Origin: Lobosporangium transversale
Lineage: Eukaryota
Direction of reading: 5' to 3'
Length of the DNA stretch: 64,000 nucleotides
NCBI RefSeq assembly: GCF_002105155.1
Contig: NW_019029008.1
Span: 310,001-374,000 of the forward strand
Position numbers and translations under genes: made by a program. Every line of letters begins with the position of its first letter. The first letter of the stretch is position 1. The notes beneath the pieces were generated by a model, which did not search any database, was not told the origin of the DNA, and saw only the letters and a list, made by a program, of their open reading frames with translations. Below, one piece after another: positions 1 to 13,290 of this stretch.

Positions 1-1631
1 TCGGATTTGTCAGTATAAAGAGGTCCGCCAGACCCCACATGAGGACTCTGAGAACCACTTGAACCAGTAGCCTGGATGGGTGTTGCCTGTATATTCTTAG
101 ACTTTCTACCCATAACCTGTGTATTGATGGCTCCGGGTTTCTGGCTTTGTCCTTTGGATCCTGCGTCTCCCTCAACTCCAGAAGTTTGGCTTTCTGAATT
201 GGGCCTAATGCTGCGTTGACTGGGGGCTCCAGGTTGACCACTGTTCTCATTGTCACCTTGTTCTGATGGAGGGATCCATCCATGCAAAGGTTTAGGCCGA
301 TCAAACCCAGCGCTGTCTCCTGATGACGATTGGCCTAGCGTTGATGAGAGCGGCTTTCCAGACTGTACTAGTGTGATCTTGAAAGGGCGACCACGCACGA
401 TCACACTACTTCCAGATTCTGTGCCATCTTTTTCTTTAGATGTCTCTCCGGATGCTAATCGTTGTTCCTCAGCCTCACGTTGAAGGCGAAGTTTGTTGGC
501 CTGCTTAAGTTTCTTCCGAGCGAGACGACGTTCTATCCGAGATAATTTCCGTTGCTGGTCATCATCATCGCCATCATTATCACCGTCCTTAATTCTATGC
601 CTTGGCTCTGCTTCCCTGCTCGCTGTGGGCGATTCAGGCTCCATAGAATACCGTCCTGCGGTATCCCCGCTTGGCAGTGAAGGTGAGTCAATATCATGTC
701 GAGATCTCTTCAAGAGTCGCCCATCATGCATGCTGCCGGGTAACCTTTGAGGGGAAGATTCTAAATCCCGTGAGCTTCTACGCTTACTAGATTTTGTCCC
801 ATGGCGATAGCTTCGATAATGCCGTTCACGATCCCGGGAACGTCGTTGCTCTGAAAATACTCCGCTTTCTGCTGGATACTGTGCAGGTAAGGGATGCTCA
901 TATGGATAGGGGTAAGGATAGTAATAATGATGTGGGAGATGCGAGGAAGGTGTAGGATCCCAAGGCTTCTGTCGTTGGAAAGCAGGGAAAAGAGCGTGTC
1001 TTGCAGGCAATATTTTGAACTTTGGATCGGATTCGTAGGCCTCATCGTCGCTGATATCCAGTGGCGGCTCAAGGTCGACAGCAAACCAAGTATTGTCTTG
1101 ATAAAATGTGAACGCTTTTTTATTCATATCCAGGGCAGACTTCCGAACTTCAAGTTCTAGAGCAAGATGATCGGTAGCGGATGAAAAGGCGAAGAGCACT
1201 TGAGCAGTTTTGAGTGGCGAGAGCGAGACCAGGAACTTGAGCTGCTCATAAAGATCTAACAAATCTTGGTCCAACATGATGTCATCTAATTGTGGGCGAA
1301 AAATTGCACAAGGATGTTTTTGCTGTGATAATTCACTGTCGTCCTCAAAAATATCCTCAATGTCTGATTGTGATGATTTTATTAGCCGCTGTTCATCTGT
1401 TACTCCATTAACCCCGCTCGAATGCTTTATTGAGTCCTTTTGTTCCGTCGTCAAAGCGTTTGGAGATGCAGATTTGAGGTTGATTTTGACGATGGTCGAG
1501 GCAGGATTAGAAGATATCTTTGGCGATGCCATTGGCTGGTCAACGACTTCTGAGGTATCAGGAATGACTAGTTCGCTTACAGGAGCGTCTGATGTAACCT
1601 CCATCATCGCCTGCTGGTCTACGACAGCCAT
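1..1631 (-). CDS. Hypothetical protein, 3'-truncated by the window edge; low-complexity S/P/R-rich with a short ordered segment (DLYEQLKFLVSLSPLKTAQVLF...WFAVDLEPP)
   Basis: ATG at 1631-1629 (MAVVDQQAMMEV...). The frame is open in all segments I translated and is still in phase at position 1. It is missing from the ORF track, consistent with no stop inside the window. Confidence 0.75.
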   Translation of the reverse strand, partial: MAVVDQQAMMEVTSDAPVSELVIPDTSEVVDQPMASPKISSNPASTIVKINLKSASPNALTTEQKDSIKHSSGVNGVTDEQRLIKSSQSDIEDIFEDDSELSQQKHPCAIFRPQLDDIMLDQDLLDLYEQLKFLVSLSPLKTAQVLFAFSSATDHLALELEVRKSALDMNKKAFTFYQDNTWFAVDLEPPLDISDDEAYESDPKFKILPARHALFPAFQRQKPWDPTPSSHLPHHYYYPYPYPYEHPLPAQYPAESGVFSEQRRSRDRERHYRSYRHGTKSSKRRSSRDLESSPQRLPGSMHDGRLLKRSRHDIDSPSLPSGDTAGRYSMEPESPTASREAEPRHRIKDGDNDGDDDDQQRKLSRIERRLARKKLKQANKLRLQREAEEQRLASGETSKEKDGTESGSSVIVRGRPFKITLVQSGKPLSSTLGQSSSGDSAGFDRPKPLHGWIPPSEQGDNENSGQPGAPSQRSIRPNSESQTSGVEGDAGSKGQSQKPGAINTQVMGRKSKNIQATPIQATGSSGSQSPHVGSGGPLYTDKS

Positions 1632-2380
1632 TCGTCGCTTGTATGTTGTGAAATTACAGAAAATACAGAAATTACAGTGTCCTGAAAGTTATGCCCCCTT
1701 TTCCACCTGCCACTTTAAATATTTTGTCAATATATACTTGTGTCGTATCACTAGGAGGTCACTTCAGAGAGCAAGGTTGCTGAAACTAAAGTGCAAACAG
1801 GCCAAGGAATAGAGAGTTTTAGCCATTAGCATCTTGGGCCACTCTCGAATGATTACGCATCTAAGGAGAAAGCAGGCGTAGTTTGATGCCTCTCCGAACA
1901 ACGAAGAGAATGTCGGTAGGGATGCGACATTTGCATTTTACTACAAAAAATGAATGATGCTTACCGAGAAGGTTGAATAATTGCCTAATAATAAATAATG
2001 GCTTTTTGAAATGATGCTTCAACTAACACTAAGTATAGGTCACAGATGAAGCCTGATGGCGAATCGAGTGTGCTGAATGAAGTATGTCTCCAAACTGATA
2101 AAAAAAAAAGGCGGCGTACCACAAAACACGTCCCTGCCTAAAACCGTAGAATGATATTTTCGTAGGAAAACAAAGGATACTGAATTTACAAGGGCAAATG
2201 AATCACGCGAATTACGTGTTCTGTCCTCGGTGTGATGAATTTAGCCTGCCCTTCAAATATTGATTTTATCTAATCTAGCAAAAGTGACCTTGTGACTATT
2301 GTTAAATAAAAATCAGCAATCTCTGATTGGTGCATTAGACCACATTAGGTTTGAAACAATGCATTTATGAAATAATTTTA

Positions 2381-4295
2381 CTATAGAATCTGACAACGGT
2401 CTGTCTTTTTTACTCCTATTTCATTATCGGAAGAACCCACCATCATGCCTTCAAGCGCTACGCCAGCGATGGCCTCCCGTGAGTCCACACGAGGGAGTAG
2501 GGTCGCATCATCATTATCCTTTGCACGCATAGATTTGATAGGATGGGATGGGCAATCGTACTGGTCTCTTGCGCGCTGATGTAACCGACAGCAGCCTTTG
2601 CACATCTGATAAATACATTTGGGTGAAAAGCTATTCTGACACTTCTCATCTTGACATATCTTTGGAGCAACTTTAACCTTCTTGACCTTCTTGTTCGTCT
2701 TGACCATAACGGCACCTCCGACGTCTTGATTGTTATCGTTGTCTTCATCATCTCGATGTCCTGAAGTATCTGCAGATCTCTTCGCAGAGCCTGTTAGTCC
2801 ATTGAAAGAAGATTCGGTAACGGCTATCTTACCATCTTCTTCCTTATCTTTTGACTTTTTCTTATCCTGAGGTGGCATGGGCTGTCTAAAATATGGCTGT
2901 ACCAGCCAGTGGGGTAGAATCGGGAATCCCTTATCATTCACGCGACCTTCAAACGATTCACCCCTCTGTTCAGAGTCCTCTTGATCTTTTATCAGCCTTT
3001 CTTTCAACTTCCTGGCAACTTCCCACATAGCTTCCCTTGAATTAGTCAAGCCAAGTTCTGTTCTGAGATCGGTGTGAATGCTAAGGGATGGTTGGAAGAT
3101 TTTAAACAGATGTCCACGAATATAGGCGATTTTGGTATCGAGTTCATCACAGATAGTAAGGTATTCCTCAGCCAAGCTCCATGATTTTATGTGGCCCGGC
3201 ATAAAAATTGCAGGGTTATAGAGGCTTCCTTCTGCAGACATGACGCCTGCACAGCCTGTTTCGTTCAAGCATCGCTCTATGTCTTCGTGATAGAGAATAT
3301 TGCCGTTGGCAATCACCGGGACCAAATGACCCACAGCTTCTTGCACTAAACGGATTTTTTCCCAATCAGCAACTCCTGTCAGGTGTCCCTTCATCTCACG
3401 GAGTCGTCCATGGACAACCAAGATCTGTGCACCAGCCTCCACAACCATCTTGGCATATTGAACAGTTTTTTCGGCATCAGGATAAACACGGATCTTGGCA
3501 GTAACAGGAATAGGTAGATACTTATGTAAAGTTGAGATCAACGATGCTATCAAGGGCCAATCTTCCATCAAAAATGATCCGTAATGTCCTCTCCGAGCAA
3601 TGTGCTGAGGACATCCTAGATTGAGATCAACAGCATCGCAGTAAGGAGCTACAAGTAAGGCAGCCTGCAACAAATACTCTGGGTCATTCGCACAAAACTA
3701 AGGCAACACCCATACACATATTAAGAAGAAGAAAAAAATATATCAAAATTAGACTTTGAATCAGAACAAGGACTATAATAAACACCACTCTGGGTCCAGA
3801 CAGAAAAGAGCTTTTATAAACAAACTAAAGGACCTTACTTGTGTAATGAGGGGTCGATCATTTGGTCCGCCCCCTCCAAGCCCATCCTTCAATCCTGGCC
3901 AATGCTCATTGCGATATTTCTCTTCCTGTGCAAACAATTTGGCGTTGAACATTGGAGTATAGCATAGATCAGCTTTATATCGACGACTCAGGATTCTCCA
4001 TGCGAGTTCAGACTGATCAACCTACAAATGTAGAAAAAAAAAAGGAGCCCAAGTATTTCACTATGTTTTAGTTGATCATTAACTATTGAGATGTACCTGA
4101 GTAATATAAATGTTTAATATAGAACCAACCGGTTATATTTCTACATATTACCATTGGAGCGACGATATATTTTGGAGAACCAATAGATTTGAAAAACTCC
4201 CAGCCTGAGAGTTTTGGCGGAAACTTGTGTTCTGCAGTGCATTTGGCCGCAGCAGCAGCATATCGCTCCTCGGCTGGTTGCTTTGCTCTCGTCAT
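2381..4295 (-). CDS. DUS1: tRNA-dihydrouridine(16/17) synthase Dus1, 3 exons (4295-4152, 4021-3839, 3697-2381), with C-terminal Cys/His zinc-binding tail
   Basis: Splicing joins YIVAPM|VDQSELAWR and LITQ|FCAND. Motifs DLNLGCPQ, HYGSFL, VTAKIR, VHGR, IANGNI, GVMSAEG. Both introns are GT..AG. Confidence 0.93.
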
Positions 4296-5727
4296 TACTT
4301 AAAATCTTTTCCTGAATAAATGTGCTTCAAATGATGTACAGAAGTATGGAATGCAGAAAAAAAAAAAAAAAAGAAAACCTTGACGATGAATGTCAAATCG
4401 AGCTACACTTTCATGCTGACCGTTGACAGAAAAAAAAAAAAGGACTGCTAAGTTAGAAAACATTTGCACGTGCAGTCATGACATAAACAGGTGTTTTTTA
4501 GTCTATTTGACAACACTCTTATTTGGCGGACCGCCCCTTAATTATTATGTTGAATCTGGTTTGACGAGCCTATTGACAGCCCTTTTTTTTAATTGACAAG
4601 GATGCTCTGGGCTGTTATTTGACAATCCCCCTCGTCTCCTAATTGTCTATAGTGTTTACTATCATTTGAATACCACTATAATACTCAGCGGCTGGTAAGA
4701 TAATGACGGTAATAATCATTTTTAGAGGATATCTAGGCAAGGACGAGTGTGTAGCATAAAAGAAGAAAAAGAAAGACAGAAAGAGCTAACAGCTACAGTC
4801 ACGACAATGGAGTGTTGCCACCATATTAGAATCACAAATTTGCCCAGCCGGGAAAGGTTCAGGATAGTGTAAGGTTAGCATGTGACAGGTTGAAAAAGAT
4901 AATTTTTCTGATCACCAAAAACAAGGGTTGTCACAAGTACAGTTGGTTGCTCAGATGCTTGAACACCTCTATCTTGGAGAGCAAGGATTATATTCCTCAA
5001 ATCTGCCACTGCATATCCTTCAATATCTGTACATGGTCCCTTTTTTCTATTATTTGCTTTACCGCCCAACCTCTTCAATGTAGCGTTAATCAACAGAGTT
5101 GTGAAAAGTTTCAATTCCTGAGTACATGACTCCTTTTAACAAAATCAAATAAATGAATATCTTGTCCACCTGTTACAGGCACAGCTATGTGTGGAAAGAG
5201 GCTTTGGCATGTTTGCGTAACGCTCTTAAATTTCGTATATTATGAATCTGCACCCTTTCTCCACAATTCATAATGCATACTATACACAGCAGTTCAGTTT
5301 GTAACCTGATATGGAGAGTGTCTCCTAATGTAATTCAATGAAATAATCGCACAATGCCCAAACGCGATCATAAATACCTTCGCTTCAGAATAGCACCACA
5401 CCGGAGGCTTTTAAAGCATTCATTCCAAGCTGCGTATACTTGTGTGCTCTTTCGCCCCTATGAACTGATTTATTAAGAAACGCCACTTTGCTTCCTATTT
5501 CCTTTTTGAAGAAGCTGCTATTTCGATTCCTTTTTAACGTAAAATGTTGCTCATTTTGATCCTTTCTTTTTTTTTATTTTTTTTTATCATTCATCATTTT
5601 CCAGGAAGCCATCCCGTTCTCTAACGCTCTGATACACAGTACTTCACTTTCATTCAAAAGAAGACTGAAAAAGAAGAGCTTGTATTCAATTAATAGGCAG
5701 CCTTATATTTCGAAGAAAAAATATCAT

Positions 5728-7026
5728 ATGAGACCAGAATTATCACCAAAGGTATTGGTACTGTTGCGGTATGCAGCCGCCGTGTACCTCTTAGGATCAG
5801 TCCTCTTCACTCTATATAGCCTCTTTCCCCAATACAAGGAACCACAACCAGAGCCTAGCATCAAGCCAAAAAGACTAACTGAACCAGGACAGGCAACATT
5901 TGATGTGGAAAATATTCTTTACTCACAGCAGATTATGACATGGAAGAGTAAGAGTTTCTTGGTGGGTCTTGTGAGCAATAAAAGTAAAATCGTCAATTGA
6001 GCGCCTTTATGAGGAGACGGACAAATTGGAATAGATCGTACCATCCTTTTTCCTTTCTTTATCCTCATTCTCCTCTCCCCTTTTTTTCACTCTTTCCTCC
6101 TCTTCCCTCTATCGATCATGACATCTAGCACCAAACGGTCATCACCATATTGAAGAGGACGCAGTGTTACAAAAGGTCTTTGCCAACACGATACAGCCTT
6201 CTAAGGTCCTACCATATTATTTCAAGGCTGTTCGCAACTTTAATCCAGAATCTGTGACCATTACCACTCTGATTACATTTGACCGCTATCCGATCTTCAG
6301 CAGACTAGTGACCAACTATCAAGGTCCAATATCAGTATCAATCCATATCACCGATGATGAAAACAAGGACGAAAACCTGTCAAAGCTTCATGACATGTAC
6401 AACTCAAACCCATATATGAAAGAGTTTGTGGATATTCATGTTATCGTTGATAAATTCGAGCGACAATTCAACATGTGGCGTAACGTAGCTAGATTCTTTG
6501 CGCGTTCCAATTACTTTATGATGCTTGATGGTGAGGATGTAGAAATATTCTAAAAAGAATCCCTAAGTCAGTCGTATGGCTTTTTTTTTATCCAAATGAG
6601 AAACTATGTCTCATTTTGAAAGTTTTTTATTATTATTATTATTATTAGTTGACTTCCATATCTGTACAGATTTGCAACGTCACTTGTCTCTGGATGCTAA
6701 GGCACGAGGAGTTCTGAGTTCAGGAGCAGCAGTAGTTCTTCCAGCATTCGAATATGTAAAGCAAGACGATGGGATCGACTCTGCTACATTCCCAAAGGAC
6801 AAACAGGCACTAATTCAGCTTGTACAAAAAAAAAAAATCACGACATTTCATGATTTTTTCCCAAGAGGCCATAACGCGACGGATTATGAGCAATGGTACA
6901 AATCAGACTCTGTTTACAAGGTGACAACATACCAGCATTCGTATGAGCCTTACGCCATCATGAGAAAAGAAGGCACACCATGGTGCGACGAGCGGTTCAT
7001 TGGATACGGAGCCAATAAAGCAGTAT

Positions 7027-7062
<36 letters not shown>

Positions 7063-7411
7063 CCGGTGTATAATAGGTGAAAAGCCCTGGTACAGCAACT
7101 TTTAATATTATTATTATTATTATTTATAGGCTTGTTTGTTTGAGATCTACATCTCTGGTATCGACTATTGGGTCCTTCCCCAGGATTTTGTAATTCATCA
7201 ATCGCACCCGTACAAAGAAGAAACTCGAAAACAAGAGCGCAAGTACAACCGCAGGCTTTATCAGAACTTTCAGGAAGAAACTTGCTTCCGCTACTTTAAA
7301 TACTTCCTTGAGACCAGCCAGTGGAACACTTCAAAGGCCGACAACTTGAAGGAACAATGTAGCCAAATTAGAGGTTTTAACCAAGCTGTGGAGCAGTTTA
7401 CAATCTCATAG
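5728..7411 (+). CDS. GT49-family glycosyltransferase (LARGE/B4GAT1-like), type II membrane protein; exons 5728-5947, 6129-6530, 6649-7022, 7130-7411
   Basis: N-terminal TM helix (VLLRYAAAVYLLGSVLFTLY). GPISVS, FNMWRNVAR, DxD motif MLD|VDF across an intron, VLPAFE, YEPY, PWCDERFIGYGANKA|ACLFE. Confidence 0.88.
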
Positions 7412-8584
7412 TGGCACTTTCTTTTTTCTTTCTTTCTTTTTTGGGATCAGCAGACTAATAAAGATATATTCCACTTTCTTTTCTTTCTTTTCTTCCTTTC
7501 TATCTGTATACATTGGCGAATACAACACTTTCAATGAAGGAATAGGATGATACCTTTACGATCAATAGATTTTTATTTATTTTTATTTTTACCATTATTT
7601 TTATTTTTATTTTATGCTCCGCGAAACCTTCTTTTGAACTAGACGCGTCCAGATCTAGAAGTAAAACCTTGATAGATGAGCCAATAGCTAGTTTTCTAAC
7701 TTAAAGACGCGTCTTGTTTTCCATCTTGACTATATATATACCATTATTCTGTAAGAAAAAAAATTACACCAATATTTTATTCCCCCCACCGGGACACAGG
7801 AGAAACTGATGACCTTTTTGCCACTCACTCCGTCGCACAAAAGTCAAGAGCTTATTTTATCTTTCTACCTATCACAATGTTCTGAGTTTCGCACGCGCCT
7901 CTTTCGAATCAAACATTATATACATTTTAGCAAAGAAAAAAGAAATCACTTTAATGTATAAGCATTTGTTTATTATTCATAGCCTGTTTATCAGCCCCTT
8001 CTTGTTGTGCCTCTAGGACAGAGGCGTTTCTGTTATGCAGTTATGCATAACAAAACCAAGATCAGCCTCAGCGAAATCATGATGTAACAAGAAAAATGAA
8101 AAAAAAAAAAAAAAAAAAAAGTGTGTGTCTTTGCATGATATCAGTATGTTTCTGCCAGAACGTGCCGTTATATCAGGAGAAGCTATCAATAATAAGGAAG
8201 GAGGAGGGGAGGGAGAGAGGAGGGGAAGGATAGTTAATGTTGTCGCGGGGGGGTTTTTTTTTTTTTTTTTTTTTGCGAACACATGCTAAAAGAAAGGAGT
8301 GTTTTTACACCAGAATAGGAGAACTATGTGATGTGATTTGAACGCTCAATGTTTTTTTTTTTTTTTTTTTTTTTTCTTGTGCTGTGTGCTCCAAAGCTTG
8401 TTCAAGTGGTACCTTCCTGGTCGCCCTAGAAAGAGGGAGAGTTTGCCCAGCATGGAATAGATGCAGACCACACATAAACAAAGCTTTTAACTTTTTTTTT
8501 TTTTTTTTTTTTTTTTGCGCTGCACATGCCATGGTACGTTCACTAAAGATTAAGTTTCAGTCATTACGCTTCCTTGGATCCGAG

Positions 8585-8620
<36 letters not shown>

Positions 8621-9027
8621 ACCTGGGGAATAACGAAATACATGCATTCCGATCCATTCTGCATTGTTGGACTTGGGTCTCTGATTTTCTGATGGATCTT
8701 TTGTTTTCTTCTTTTTTTTGTCGTGCATACAAAATGCAATGCCCTTTTTTTCTTTTACTTCTTGAAAAGTAACCCAGTATTTAGTTCGACCAGAAAAATC
8801 ATATGCACAAAAAAAATCAGCTTTAGTTATTTGTTTGCTTCCCGCTTCCCGTCGACTCAAAATAGCCTATGGTGCAAGAAATAGAAGCAACCAAATCAGC
8901 GGCCCAGAAGGGCTCAGAAAAAAAAAGAGATCAAGATTTATACCAAGCAGCATGTCAAGTACAGCACTAAATGCGGGTCAACTCTCTTTGCGCGGCATGG
9001 ACACAATTAATCCCTCTTATATGCAAG

Positions 9028-9154
9028 AAAAAAAAAAAATAAAAAAAAAAAATAAAAAAAAAAAAAATAAAAAAAAAAAAATAAAAAAAAAAAATAAAAA
9101 AAAAAAATAAAAAAAAAAAATAAAAAAAAAAAATAAAAAAAAAAATAAAAAAAA
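9028..9154. repeat. (A10-13 T)n interrupted poly(A) minisatellite
   Basis: About 127 bp of A-runs punctuated by single T roughly every 12-14 nt. Confidence 0.9.
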
Positions 9155-11406
9155 AGGAAGATGTAGGGAAAAGGTAAACGTAGTTATGGGAGAAAAGGAG
9201 AAACCAATGGACGAAATAACATTCCAAAGGTATGTCGAAGTTCTGCACCTTTATTCGAATAGGAAATGTCTCCTTGGTCTTGGTCAGACAGATAGGTAAC
9301 CCAGCTCTTATCCTGAGCAGCCCCAAGCCTATTGGTAACCTCGTCATGGGAGAAGTTAGCCACTAACTCAACCCCATTCGTTAAAAAGTATACAGTATGA
9401 AAAACTGATCCGACGATACGGATGAAACAGTGTATCACCCACCCCATTAGAAAAAAAAAATTATGTAAATCTTTGTTGACTGGTATCATCCGCTCATCCT
9501 GATCTACAATACATGACGATAGACGAAATAAAGAAGTAAATACATTAATATACGGAATATCTGTAAATAGTCTATGTTTTCAAGTTCCAATTGAGTGGCT
9601 CAGAAAACAACAAAAAACTTTTCAACCTCCGTTTAACTATCCAAGGGCAAACGCAACGTGGATGACCGGAAAAAACAGAGTTGTATTCTGCTTTGTGCAT
9701 GGTATACTATCCAGGTCATGTTTGATACTAAATAGATATACATAAATATGTGTATATAATAATTAGATAGATTACTATCAGTGGTGAGTTTACAACAGGG
9801 CAAACTAATTGACTTAACAACAAAAAAAAGGAAGACAAAAATGGAATAGTTCGCCAAATGAGGCAAGGTATTTCATATAACCGGTTTTTGCTTAGTTGCG
9901 ATCCCATTTTTTTTTCTGAATAGCCTCGAATGTATTGGCAGCCAATCTGTTCAGCAACTTGTCACGGGTAACAAATTTCAGCCACCAAATCAAATCAACC
10001 GTCGCGTTCGGCAATATGCAACATTACTATCATTAATATTAATGTATTATAACTATAGCGATCATTGTATATATTTGTTATTTCTATTTCAGTCTATTAT
10101 AATATATTGTTATCATTACCCTTATTATCATCATCATTACTACTATTGTAATTTTATTATTATCATTGTTATTATTATTAGATATTAGTATTATATTTCA
10201 GTTCCGGAAAATCTATGAAAGCAACTGAATGGATCACTGTTGTTAGACTCAAAGAACCGTAGATGCCGAACTTCTAACTTTTTTTACTCCTTTTGCAAGC
10301 TTCATCAGGGAAAAGAGGGGGAAGAGAAAAAAAAAAAAAAAAAAAAAAAAAAATCGGATCTTCAATTTTGCAAAAAACCAGTTGAAAGGTACATGGACTA
10401 TGCTTGTCAATGACAATGTGTGAGCGCTTCCTTGATGCAAGGGACACACATTGTGGTGTTTACTGAAACCCTAATCTGGTGTGGTCGAATGGTTGTTGTT
10501 TGGTAAGACTTTTTATTCTTTTCTTTTCCTGATTGTATTGGTCAGAGCAATCATAAATATATATATACGTATATTTTGTTTTTCCTTTTTTCTTCCATTA
10601 GATGGCGAGTACATTGACAATGTGCTTACCTCCAGATGTTAGCCAAACTCTGTTTGCGTGCATTTTTTCCGCAAAGACCAAAGAAAAAAAAGAGAGAGTC
10701 GGACAAAAATCTTTTGTACGTTTGGAAAAATCATGGTCCCCCTCCTATTCGTCTCGTTCGCTGATCTTTGTTTATTGAAATGTGTACAGTATATATATAT
10801 GTATAAATATATATATACAGTATACATTATGTGCATGAGTCAGACGGCGTAAAAGATTGAAAGTTTGTTGTTTGTCCTTGTTGTTGTCGCTGTCGCTGCC
10901 CCTGCTTGTCTAATCAACATCGGGACATTAAAAAAAGAAAAGAAAAGAAATTAGACCGTGGCAAAAAAAAAAAAAAACCTTCGGTCCTGATAACCCATGG
11001 AAGGCTAAATGGTCCCCACCCAATTTTGTCCGAAGCAGTCGAGACTAAAATTCGTCTTAATGCCATATCACTCTTTTTTAACGTCTATTCCGCGAGTAGT
11101 ATAGTGTTGGCAAAGATAAAGGGAGCTTTACACAGCAGGCAAAAAGAAAAAAAGGACAAAGCGATATAAAAACACTAATTAGTACATATTGATTGGTGGT
11201 CACTTTCTAATGTAGAAAAAAGTTACTTTTGAAGACTCTTCTGAAGATAAAGAAAATGATCAATGGGGCAAAAGGCGGCTCATTTTTTGAGTACTGGTTT
11301 GTTTTGCAGATTCCCGTTGCTCTCCTGGATGCATTAAGCGGCTATAGAGCATGGAGACCTATGCAGGAGTAAGAACCCAGTGTATATTCTGATCCTTTTT
11401 GCTCTT

Positions 11407-11442
<36 letters not shown>

Positions 11443-12482
11443 GGTGTAACTGAGTGAAGTTGAAAATGAGTAGTAACATGGCTAAATGGCCAAGCGGTTA
11501 AATGGCAAATGGTCTGCAATATTATGTATATCAAGCTTTTTTAATGGTTAGAAAGGCGAAAAAAGACTTCAAATTGCAACATAGTTTTACTTTTTCGGTA
11601 TTCTAATGAGAGACTACCAGAATGATAAAAATAATATGCTCCGCAAGTCATTCCAACGCGTAAAGGAAAAAGAGAAAAGACAAGTAAATGTTGCTACTAA
11701 TGTATTTTTGGCCACTTGAAGAGATATGTGGGGCCCGAGTTATTATCATTCTAATAAGATTAAAAAGCCTTTCTGGGCTTTTTCCTGCACAGCTGTCAAA
11801 CTATATGCTTATTTTCTATACTTTGTTTTCTTTAATGATCTCAATTGAAGTGTTCTAGACCAAAGTATTATTAAAACCCAACTCCGTTAAAATGACAAAG
11901 TGCTATGTATTAATCAGTCAACTATGACAATCTCATATAATCTGATGTACGTGGCTCTGGGTTCACTGCTCGCCGCCGAGATATGAAACTAACGTATCAT
12001 ATTAAGATCAAAAAAAAAAAAAAAAAAAAAAAGAAAAAGCTGGGTCATTGGTTCATCAGATTGGGGGAAAATACCAAGATACTAACATCCAAAGACTTTT
12101 TCAGTCTTTGTTTGGCCAAGCTATGATTGCTTACACTACATGTAGTCTGTATACAAAATGTTGATATCATACCTGCATCAATTCAGAGACAATATCATAT
12201 AGTCACAAAATATCTTGCAAGAGGCCATCGCATAAGAAATTAAGAAAGCATCCACCCCAAAATCCTGAAATTTCGGATTTTTCGTGGGAGGTAAACATGG
12301 CGTTCTTGTTTCTACACGCATCTAAAAACATAATCTCACAAGCGCCCTTCTTTTCAAAGCCATAAATGTATTTACTCTGTCCGTATGCCTGAATATATTT
12401 GTTGAACTAAATACCTTCTGTAAAAAGGACAAAGAGAGAGCAGAAGACGGTGGTACGAATTTAATCTCCTTTGGAGTGACAA

Positions 12483-13290
12483 ATGGATAAAGGTCCCATG
12501 AGCTATTTCAAAGGGACCATTATTATTGAGCATGAGGAAAAGACATCTTTGGAATATATTGTCTCATGTCATCATAGACTAGACCAAATATTTAAGAGCA
12601 CTACAAACGTTGGATGTGGAAGAAATAACGTACGAAATACAGCACAAGTAAATCATGGCGTAGCTATCAGGTACCTGTCTGAGCTGTAAAAATGGAGCAC
12701 AATTTAAATCGAATAGTAAAAAAACGGCTAAGGTTCTATCTCCATGTCGTTTATAAAGAAAAAAAAAAAATAGAGCACATGTCAACACTGTGCCTGTTTC
12801 GTCTTTGCCTTGCAGCAACAAGATTGCTGGTTTAAATAAAAAAAGTACATCAGTGATGGTAAAGCCCTCATCTTCGTTGTGTCCCTGAATCTTTTTTGCT
12901 TTAAGATTGGAAAAGTCAAGTGTTATGAAGATTATAAAGTCGATGCTAGGGAGCTTGAGGACAATGTTTTACTCACAAAAGAAGCAATCAGAAAAGGATT
13001 TCCATGCCGATAAACTTTTACTACGGGGCTGTGACCTTATTGCTGATACTTGATATGAATTAGAACATTCAAAGATGTTCAGACTATTTTTCCTTTTTAA
13101 CTATTGCAATGTTATGGGTAATGCTAGTGATTCAACAACGTGGCAATTGTGTAGATTGATGTCAACGCCATATTATGATATCATTTAAATGTCGGGGTAT
13201 ACATGCACTCTGCATTGTCGTTGATAACCAAGGTCCGACAGTGTGCAATACGGGGTAGTAAAGTTCAAGGTGTTCCAGTTGACTTTACAA
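12483..13290 (+). pseudogene. Possible decayed Sel1-repeat protein gene
   Basis: Broken fragments such as DNQG..CNTG..QGVPVDF near 13220-13290 resemble Sel1 repeats. The 12483 ORF loosely resembles N-terminal header regions that I recall from Mortierella Sel1/NLR-like proteins. Many stops. Confidence 0.25.

Noticed and set aside
11480..11510. tRNA D-arm-like ATGGCCAAGCGGTTAA
   Set aside because: No anticodon arm, T-loop or acceptor stem follows.
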